64,000 nucleotides of DNA from Candidatus Latescibacterota bacterium (lineage in GTDB: Bacteria; Latescibacterota; UBA2968; UBA8231). The DNA lies in assembly GCA_965204725.1 (NCBI GenBank), contig OZ242005.1, positions 1,952,001 to 2,016,000 of the forward strand, in the 5' to 3' direction. This document shows positions 57,433 through 64,000 of the stretch, piece after piece (position 1 is the first letter of the stretch; every line of letters starts with the position of its first letter). Below the pieces are notes generated by a model, which was not told the origin of the DNA, ran no database searches, and saw only the letters and a program-made list of their open reading frames with translations. The translations under genes were made by a program, and so were the position numbers.

Positions 57433-59787
57433 ATGCCTGAGTTGAAAGACGCCGCCATCGAGCGACTCGCCCGGTGCTGGCGCGACCGCTACGCACTGCT
57501 CATCGTCGTCCTCGCCGGGCTGGGCACCGCCCACATCCTCGTCCGCACCGCTACCTACGGCGCCGCAGTCGGCACGGACTCCATCGTTTTCCTTTCTACG
57601 GCCCTGAACTTCCTCGCCGGAGAGGGCTGGCGGGATTTCACCGGAGTACCGATGGTGGTTTGGCCGCCCTTGTTCCCCTTGCTGCTGGCGGCCCTCGGTT
57701 GGGTTGGCCTCGAGCCGCTGGCGGCGGGTCGGTGGGTCAACGCCGCAGCTTTCGGACTGACCATCCTCGCCGCCGGGTGCTGGCTGCGCTCGAATGTTAG
57801 GTCGCAGGGGCTGGCACTGGCCGCTACCGCGACCCTCGCGGCCTCCCTGCCCTTGAGCGATTGGGCGTCCAACTATATGACCGAGCCCCTCTTCGTCCTG
57901 TTGACGCTCCTCGCCTTGATCCAGTTGGCGGCCTTCCTCCAGCGCGGCGGGAGGACGCCCCTTTTGTGGGCGGCGGTTTTCACCGCGCTGGCCGCACTGA
58001 CCCGCTATCCGGGCGTGGTGCTGATCGGCACCGGCGTCCTCATCCTGTGGCCCCTCGCTCGGTGGAAGCAGGTCCTCGTCTTTGGCGCGGTCTCGTCCGT
58101 GCCCTTGCTGGCGGTATTGGCGCACAATTGGACAGTCTCCGCGACTTGGACAGGAGACCGATCAGACCCTGTAAGGCAGTCCCTATCCGAGGGGCTACGC
58201 CAGACCGTCGAGGTGTTCCGCGCGTGGATCGTCCCCCCCCACGCGCCGGATGGGGTTGCGTATCTGCTGTGGCTGGCCATCGGGTTGGTCGTCCTCGCCG
58301 GCACCGCGGTCGTCCTGCACACCCTCCGAAGGCACCGCGACGTCCCAGAGGCGACCCCAGTCTATTTCCGCTTAGGGCCGGTACTCCCATTCGGGGTGTT
58401 CGCCTTGATCTACTTCGTATTCATCATCGTCGTCGTGCCACTGACGATTCCCTATGGAATCGGCGACCGACTCCTGTTACCGGGGTACGTGCCGCTGCTG
58501 TTGACGGCGGGGTTCTTGCTGGATCGGTTCCTGTGCATCGCGGCGGCGGGCTGGATGGTGGCCATCCGCTACGGGATAGCGTCCCTCGTCTTGCTCGCCA
58601 CCCTCGCCCACTTATGCTTCTCGGCGCGAGAAAACCTCCGTCTTACCACCCACGCTTGGGTCGCCGGATACCCGGCCCAAGCGTACAACGCCGCCGCTTG
58701 GCAACAGTCCGAGACCCTGAATTACCTCCGGGACCACCACATTGAGGGCAGGATTTACAGCAACCACAGACCCCTTGCTTGGTTTGCGGATCGGACCGCG
58801 GCTTACGAAAAATACCAGCCGATCCGTGCCGGGTTGCCTCGTTTGGCGCGGGACATAATGCAGTGGACCGAGGACGGCACCCATATCGTTTGGTTCAGGG
58901 CGTTCCACAATCAAGGTGTTTACGGCTACGACCTCATGGACCTCCGTCTGTTGTCCGGCGTGGAACCCGTGGCCGAACTGGCCGATGGCGTGGTATTCCG
59001 CGCAACGGCGACCGAGCCGTTCGATGCAGAAAAGCATCGCGCTCGGAAACAACGCTACGTGCAGGAACTCATTGAACAGGCTGGCGAGCCGGTGGTCCGC
59101 GCTGGCTGGGACGTGTACCTCAAGGAACGCAAGCTGACCTACTTCAAAGAGCCCTGCGCCCCGGCCGACACGCAGGCGATGTTCGTTTTACACGCCATCC
59201 CCCTCGACCCAGCCGACCTGCCCGCCCACCGCAAGCCGTACGGCTTTGACCTCCTCGACTTCTATTTCGACTGGCGCGGCGGCGTGCGGCTCGACGACCA
59301 GTGTGGGGTGATCGCCCAACTCCCCGCCTACGCCATCGGCCGCATCCGGATCGGCCAATGGATTGCCGCCGAAAACCGCACCCTCTGGGAAACGACGGCC
59401 GAACCGTTCGACGCGAAAAGGCATCAACGCTACGTGGAACAACTCATCGCACAGGCTGACGAGCAGGTCACTCGCGCCGGCTGGGACGTGTACCGCACCG
59501 GACGCAAGCTGATCTACCGCAAACAGCCATGCGCTCCCGCCGACGTGCAGACCAAGTTCATTTTGCACGTCACCCCGGCCGATCCCAATGAGCTGCCGGC
59601 CAACCGCCAGCGGCACGGCTTTGAAAGCCTCGGCTTCTATTTTGACCAGCGCGGCTTCCAACTCAATGACCAGTGCATCGCAATCGCCCAACTCCCCGCC
59701 TACGCTATCGATCGCATCCGAGTCGGCCAGTGGATTGCCGCCGGGAATCGCACTGTCTGGGAAGCGGAGCTTTCGGCCAGCCGGTGA
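57433..59787 (+). CDS. array gene 9: GT-C fold membrane glycosyltransferase-like, 2 repeat domains
   Basis: Same motifs; the first leader ATG is mutated to ATA (57427), so the second ATG at 57433 is the likely start. Confidence 0.78.
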   Translation: MPELKDAAIERLARCWRDRYALLIVVLAGLGTAHILVRTATYGAAVGTDSIVFLSTALNFLAGEGWRDFTGVPMVVWPPLFPLLLAALGWVGLEPLAAGRWVNAAAFGLTILAAGCWLRSNVRSQGLALAATATLAASLPLSDWASNYMTEPLFVLLTLLALIQLAAFLQRGGRTPLLWAAVFTALAALTRYPGVVLIGTGVLILWPLARWKQVLVFGAVSSVPLLAVLAHNWTVSATWTGDRSDPVRQSLSEGLRQTVEVFRAWIVPPHAPDGVAYLLWLAIGLVVLAGTAVVLHTLRRHRDVPEATPVYFRLGPVLPFGVFALIYFVFIIVVVPLTIPYGIGDRLLLPGYVPLLLTAGFLLDRFLCIAAAGWMVAIRYGIASLVLLATLAHLCFSARENLRLTTHAWVAGYPAQAYNAAAWQQSETLNYLRDHHIEGRIYSNHRPLAWFADRTAAYEKYQPIRAGLPRLARDIMQWTEDGTHIVWFRAFHNQGVYGYDLMDLRLLSGVEPVAELADGVVFRATATEPFDAEKHRARKQRYVQELIEQAGEPVVRAGWDVYLKERKLTYFKEPCAPADTQAMFVLHAIPLDPADLPAHRKPYGFDLLDFYFDWRGGVRLDDQCGVIAQLPAYAIGRIRIGQWIAAENRTLWETTAEPFDAKRHQRYVEQLIAQADEQVTRAGWDVYRTGRKLIYRKQPCAPADVQTKFILHVTPADPNELPANRQRHGFESLGFYFDQRGFQLNDQCIAIAQLPAYAIDRIRVGQWIAAGNRTVWEAELSASR

Positions 59788-59869
59788 TGCCGGACGCCCG
59801 GTACGCCATCAATCAGCCGCAGCACTGCGGCTGGGAATGCTATCATAATGAATGATATTACGCGAAGTC

Positions 59870-60817
59870 CTACTCGGCTCGGTCTAACAGGAGCCTAAAG
59901 GCTTCGAGGCTGGGCACCTGTATGGCCGCCCGATGCAACTGCTTGAGACGCGGCACATCGTCGGTGGCCTCAATGCGAGCGACCAACGGATCCGACGCAG
60001 CCAGCCCAAAGCGAATCTCTAGCACCTCAAGCAGAGCTTCAATGGTGCGTTCTCGGCCCCCTCGCTCGATGCCCTGCTCAATGCCCTGCTCAATGCCCTG
60101 CTCGATGCCCTGCTCAATGCCTTGCTTAATGCCCTGCTTAATCCCCTTTTCCGTGAAATACTGCGCTACCGACGACTCGTACATGGTCTCCTCCTCGATG
60201 ATGGTCATAATCGTCTCTAAGTTATACACCAGCCCGCTTAACATCGCAAGATCGGCCAGATAGTTCGCCTTGCGTCTCTCGTCCATCGGCACCTGTTGCG
60301 CCCGGTTGACACACTGGCGCAACCACCCCTCGGCATCGACGCCGGCGGGCGGTTGCATCAACGGCGCAAACGGCAGCAAGCCGGAAGGTCCGGCGTCGAG
60401 GATGCGTTGACCGTCGATCTCAATCAGCCGGATGACCTTGTATTGCACCAAGACGCGATAGCCGTGCCGCTCTTGGACATAGTGCCCTGGGTCATTCCGG
60501 CCAGCGTCTGGGCGCAGGTAGATGACGTTGGAATAGATGGGCCGGTTGTGCTGTTCAATGCCGCGTCCGATATAGCCGATCATGCGGCGCGGCATGGGGG
60601 GTTTGCTGTCGGTGGTTTGGAACTCGTGGTGGACCAGCACCTCCTCGCCGCCGACGTGGACGCGAATGAGGCTATCGGTGCGGTGGGTTTCGGCGGTGGG
60701 CTGCTCGGTATCGACGACGCCGAGGATTCGGATGTCGTCTTGTTGGAGGGCGAAGCGGGCGAAGTCGGCGGGGTAAGTGTGGATGAGGTGTTTGGCGATG
60801 GAATCGAATTCGGCCAT
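59870..60817 (-). CDS. Rpn family nuclease, copy 2
   Basis: Near-identical to copy 1, 8 aa shorter in the repeat tract. Confidence 0.85.
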   Translation of the reverse strand: MAEFDSIAKHLIHTYPADFARFALQQDDIRILGVVDTEQPTAETHRTDSLIRVHVGGEEVLVHHEFQTTDSKPPMPRRMIGYIGRGIEQHNRPIYSNVIYLRPDAGRNDPGHYVQERHGYRVLVQYKVIRLIEIDGQRILDAGPSGLLPFAPLMQPPAGVDAEGWLRQCVNRAQQVPMDERRKANYLADLAMLSGLVYNLETIMTIIEEETMYESSVAQYFTEKGIKQGIKQGIEQGIEQGIEQGIEQGIERGGRERTIEALLEVLEIRFGLAASDPLVARIEATDDVPRLKQLHRAAIQVPSLEAFRLLLDRAE

Positions 60818-60964
60818 GAGCCTTGCCTTGGTTGCGGGTGAGAGGGGGTGGTATGTGCAACTGGCAAGAATCGTGCCACGGCGGCGGTTCAGAGGGGCGG
60901 GGCGTGGATGGGCGGCGTGGGAGTGTGGCGAAAAGGGGACAGGGGTGGGACGTTGGGGGAAAAA

Positions 60965-61044
60965 CTGGATTGCCGCGTGCGCGGGAATGACGGAAGGCTT
61001 AGGACGACGCAAGAACTCGTCATTCCCGTGCAAGCGGCAATCCA
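60965..61044. repeat. REP doublet (GTCATTCCCG...AATCC family)
   Basis: TGGATTGCCGCGTGCGCGGGAATGACG...CGTCATTCCCGTGCAAGCGGCAATCCA inverted pair. Confidence 0.75.
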
Positions 61045-61132
61045 TAAAAGCGTCCTACCCCAACAACTGAACTGTTCTTGTGCAGGCAGGACGGCTTAAA
61101 CGGGTTCGGACAGAACGCTATTACGCGAAGCC

Positions 61133-62056
61133 CTACTCGGCTCGGTCTAACAGGCGTCCAAAGGCGTCAAGGCTGGGCACCTGTATGGCCGCCCGATGCA
61201 ACTGCTTGAGGCGCGGCACATCGGCGGTGGCCTCAATGCGAGCGACCAACGGATCCGACGCGGCCAACCCAAAGCGAACCTCTAGCACCTCAAGCAGACC
61301 TTCAGTGGCGAGTTCTCGGCCCCCTCGCTCAATGCCCTGCTCAATGCCTTGCTCGATGCCCTGCTTAATCCCCTGCTTAATCCCCTTTTCCGTGAAATAC
61401 TGCGCTACCGACGACTCGTACATGGTCTCCTCCTCGATGATGGTCATAATCGTCTCTAAGTTATACACCAACCCGCTCAACATCGCAAGATCGGCCAGAT
61501 AGTTCGCCTTGACGCCCTCGTCCATCGGCACCTGTTGCGCTCTATTCACACACTGGCGCAACCACCCCTCGGCATCGACGCCTGCGGGCGGCTGCATCAA
61601 CGGCGCAAACGGCAGCAGGCCCGAAGGTCCCGCGGTGAGGATGCGTTGACCGTCGATCTCAATCAGCCGAATGACCTTGTATTGCACCAAGACGCGGTAG
61701 CCGCGTCGTTCTTGGACGTAGTAGCCCGGGTCATTTCGGCCAGCGTCTGGGCGCAAATAGATGACGTTGGAATAGATCGGCCGGTTGTGCTGTTCAATGC
61801 CGCGTCCGATATAGCCGATCATGCGGCGCGGCATGGGCGGTTTGCTGTCGGTGGTTTGAAACTCGTGGTGGACCAGCACCTCCTCGCCGCCGACGTGGAC
61901 GCGAATGAGGCTATCGGTGCGGTGGGTTTCGGCGGTGGGCTGCTCGGTATCGACGACGCCGAGGATTTGGATGTCGTCTTGTTGGAGGGCGAAGCGGGCG
62001 AAGTCGGCGGGGTAGGTGTGGATGAGATGCTTGGCGATGGAATCGAATTCGGCCAT
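61133..62056 (-). CDS. Rpn family nuclease, copy 3
   Basis: Near-identical to copies 1 and 2, 16 aa shorter than copy 1. Confidence 0.85.
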   Translation of the reverse strand: MAEFDSIAKHLIHTYPADFARFALQQDDIQILGVVDTEQPTAETHRTDSLIRVHVGGEEVLVHHEFQTTDSKPPMPRRMIGYIGRGIEQHNRPIYSNVIYLRPDAGRNDPGYYVQERRGYRVLVQYKVIRLIEIDGQRILTAGPSGLLPFAPLMQPPAGVDAEGWLRQCVNRAQQVPMDEGVKANYLADLAMLSGLVYNLETIMTIIEEETMYESSVAQYFTEKGIKQGIKQGIEQGIEQGIERGGRELATEGLLEVLEVRFGLAASDPLVARIEATADVPRLKQLHRAAIQVPSLDAFGRLLDRAE

Positions 62057-62182
62057 GAGCCTTGCCTTGGTTGCGGGTGAGAAGGGGTGGTATGTGCAAT
62101 AGGCAAGAATCGTGCCATGGCGGCGGCTCAGAGGGGAGACGGGGGATCGGCGGCGTGGGTGTGTAGCGAAAAGGGGACAGGC

Positions 62183-62311
62183 GTGGGGCAACATAAAAAC
62201 AAGGCCCCGGAGGGATTTACCAAAAAATACAGCATTCATACATTGGTTTATGTTGAACAACATCACAAGAAATGGCACCGTCAATGGAAACGGGAACTCA
62301 TAGCGCGGCAG
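62183..62311 (+). pseudogene. GIY-YIG (YhbQ/UPF0213-like) nuclease remnant
   Basis: VGQHKNKAPEGFTKKYSIHTLVYVEQH-HKKWHRQWKRELIARQ; lacks the N-terminal GIY/YIG motifs and the A..REK helix. Confidence 0.7.
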
Positions 62312-62346
62312 ATTTTGCATATAAGGCGTCATTTGTATGTTGCGTA

Positions 62347-62525
62347 TTCCTTTCAGCTAGGCCACTCTGAAAGGGCCGCGTGCGGGGCGCGTCGTCCGTC
62401 ATTGGGTGCGCCGGCACGTCCGTGCCGGCGGCACCGTGCGGGAGTAAGACACCCCTCACGCTGAGTTGTCGCTCCGAACCGATACAAGGGCACAAGGCCC
62501 GTATTACAAGTGGGGAGGACAGCAC
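62347..62525 (+). ncRNA. IS110 bridge RNA (predicted)
   Basis: 5' hairpin 62349-62374; target loop with TCCGTCATT (62395-403) and GCGGGAG (62438-444); donor loop with ACCGATAC (62478-485) and TACAAGT (62505-511); each pair surrounds a hairpin. Confidence 0.8.
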
Positions 62526-62556
62526 CAGTATCCATTATAACCAGGAGGCTATTCGC

Positions 62557-63510
62557 ATGAAAGTTATGGCCGGTATAGACGTAGGAAAGAGGAGCTTGGA
62601 CGTGTCGGTAGCGGCTGGTCCGGCGCGTCGATTTGACAACACGCCTGCGGGGCGTACGGCCTTGGTGGAGTGGTTGGAACGTCAGGGGGCGACCGAGGTG
62701 GTGTGCGAACCGACCGGGGGCTATGAGCGGCCTCTGGTGCGTCGGGTGCAGGCCACGGGATGGCCGATCCACCTAGTGCATCCCAACCGTGTGCGCCACT
62801 TTGCCCGGGCGGCGGGCAACCACGCCAAGACCGACGCGCTGGACGCACAGATGCTGGCGCGGTATGGGATGGCCTTCGAGTTGCCGCGTCCGCTGGCCAA
62901 AGAAGCCGACCGAGAGGTGGTACAGGACCTGCTGCGTCGGCGCAAGCAGTTAGTCAACCAGCGCGTACAGGAGCGTCATCGGCTGGACCAAGGGCAAACC
63001 GAAGGGGCGCGCATCTCTATCGAGCGGCACCTCCAATGGCTCGACGAAGAGATTAGCCAGCTCGACGAAGCCTACCAGCAGGCGTTGGCACACAGCGTCT
63101 CATTGGCCGAGGCCGCCGCCCTCTACCGCAGTGTACCGGGCGTGGGTGCGTTGACTGCGGCGACGCTAGTGGGGTATCTGCCGGAGTTAGGGCACTACAG
63201 CGGCAAGGAGGTGACCTCGTTGGTCGGGCTGGCTCCGTGGGCCAACGACAGCGGCCGACAGCAGGGGTATCGCTCGATCCGGGGCGGACGAGGCACCGTG
63301 CGGAAGGTGTTGTACTTGGCGGCCTTGGCCGCCATCCGCTGCAATGACGACCTCAAGCGGTTCTATCAACGACTGTGTACCCGGGGCAAGACCGGCAAGG
63401 TGGCCTTGGTCGCGGTAATGCGGAAGCTCCTGCTGGTGCTCAACGCTATTGCCCAGCGAGGCTCCCCGTGGGTCCAACACCCCACCCCAGCAGGCCACAA
63501 AAAGGCTTGA
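62557..63510 (+). CDS. IS110 family DEDD recombinase/transposase
   Basis: SD CAGGAGG; GIDVGK, CEPTG, KTDALDA (DEDD), SVPGVG, NDSG (catalytic Ser), VAVMRKLL. Confidence 0.95.
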   Translation: MKVMAGIDVGKRSLDVSVAAGPARRFDNTPAGRTALVEWLERQGATEVVCEPTGGYERPLVRRVQATGWPIHLVHPNRVRHFARAAGNHAKTDALDAQMLARYGMAFELPRPLAKEADREVVQDLLRRRKQLVNQRVQERHRLDQGQTEGARISIERHLQWLDEEISQLDEAYQQALAHSVSLAEAAALYRSVPGVGALTAATLVGYLPELGHYSGKEVTSLVGLAPWANDSGRQQGYRSIRGGRGTVRKVLYLAALAAIRCNDDLKRFYQRLCTRGKTGKVALVAVMRKLLLVLNAIAQRGSPWVQHPTPAGHKKA

Positions 63511-63527
63511 CCCGCAACACAGATACT

Positions 63528-63637
63528 CCCGCGCAAGCGGGAATCCAGTGTTCTTTCAGGGGAGGACGCTTTTATGGATTCCCGCGTTCGCGGGAATGAC
63601 GAAAAATAACGGACATGACGAAAAATAACGGACGAAA
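63528..63637. repeat. REP doublet (first copy split by IS110) followed by a 19-bp tandem duplication
   Basis: CCCGCGCAAGCGGGAATCCA...TGGATTCCCGCGTTCGCGGGAATGAC; ATGACGAAAAATAACGGAC x2. Confidence 0.75.
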
Positions 63638-63669
63638 AAATGCGAATCGACGCGGCTGTTGACAGATGA

Positions 63670-64000
63670 ATGCTAATGCCTGAGTTGATGCGCTCCGTCA
63701 TCGAATGGCTCGCCCGGTTCTGGCGCGACCGCTTCCCCCTGCTCATCGTCCTTATCGCCGGGCTGGGCACCGCCCACATCCTCGTCCGCACCGCCACTTA
63801 CGGCGCGGCCGTCAGCCACGAATCCACAATCCACCTTTCTACGGCCCTGAACTTCCTCGCGGGCGAGGGCTGGCGGTATTTCACGGGCAGCCCGATGATA
63901 GGATGGCCGCCCTTGTTCCCCCTGCTGCTCGCGGTCGGCGGTTGGGTCGGCATCGAGCCGCTAGAGGCGGGTCGGTGGGTCAACGCCATGGCCTTTGGGC
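63670..64000 (+). CDS. array gene 10 (5' part, runs off window): GT-C fold membrane glycosyltransferase-like
   Basis: MLMPELMRSVIEWLARFWRDRFPLLIVLIAGLGTAHILVRTATYGAAVSHESTIHLSTALNFLAGEGWRYFTGSPMIGWPP. Confidence 0.8.
   Translation, partial: MLMPELMRSVIEWLARFWRDRFPLLIVLIAGLGTAHILVRTATYGAAVSHESTIHLSTALNFLAGEGWRYFTGSPMIGWPPLFPLLLAVGGWVGIEPLEAGRWVNAMAFG

Larger units (their letters stand above)
62334..63527 (+). mobile_element. complete IS110-family element (IS621-like organisation) inserted in a REP
   Basis: Flanks rejoin to GGCGTCA-TT-CCCGCGCAAGCGGGAATCCAG; ends ACAGATA-CT and TGTAT; long left non-coding end. Confidence 0.88.

Noticed and set aside
41387-59691. Recurrent long minus-strand ORFs opposite the array genes
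   Set aside because: Expected antisense open frames of high-GC repeated coding DNA; they recur only because the sense genes are paralogous
59787-59855. 22-codon ORF coupled to the gene 9 stop, containing hairpin CAGCCGCAG-CA-CTGCGGCTG
   Set aside because: Too short to support as a gene; the hairpin lacks a U-tract, so it was not called as a terminator
62380-62556. 59-aa N-terminal extension of the IS110 transposase
   Set aside because: A strong SD precedes ATG 62557, and the upstream region is better explained as bridge RNA
36833-64000. Diversity-generating retroelement (loop fragment as template repeat)
   Set aside because: Differences between the fragment and gene loops are not adenine-specific (C>T, C>G, T>C, T>G all occur) and no reverse transcriptase is in the window
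40280-64000. Integron cassette array
   Set aside because: No integron integrase; several genes abut with zero intergenic space, leaving no room for attC sites

Overview
High-GC bacterial chromosome segment with two parts. 1-34.9 kb is mostly housekeeping: sugar-catabolism genes, a lower-GC DpnA-like methyltransferase plus AAA-ATPase insert, glnE/P-II/kptA/purE, a reduced dcw cluster (mraZ-rsmH-ftsL-ftsI-murE-murF-ftsW-murC-ftsQ-ftsA-ftsZ), trmB, a MerR-iscA-iscS-moeB sulfur operon, cysK, an orphan N6-MTase/TRD fusion, ssb, a thiolase and tRNA-Ala(TGC). After the tRNA (35-64 kb, continuing past the window edge) lies an accessory region. It is dominated by a co-oriented tandem array of at least 10 polytopic GT-C-fold (ArnT/PMT-like) glycosyltransferase genes. 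Nine are paralogs built as mosaics of shared segments, with a hypervariable first extracytoplasmic loop and a shared start junction. All complete array genes carry 1-2 copies of an uncharacterised ~115-130 aa two-Cys C-terminal domain, and an isolated fragment of just the variable loop lies in front of the array. Interspersed on the opposite strand are three near-identical Rpn-family nuclease units, each with an internal SD+ATG predicting an intragenic antitoxin and a 12-bp VNTR (8/6/4 units). Also present are GIY-YIG remnants, REP palindromes and a complete IS110 element whose bridge-RNA guide loops can be read directly and match its REP target and its own circle junction. All calls come from motif recognition and by-eye alignment; no database searches were run.
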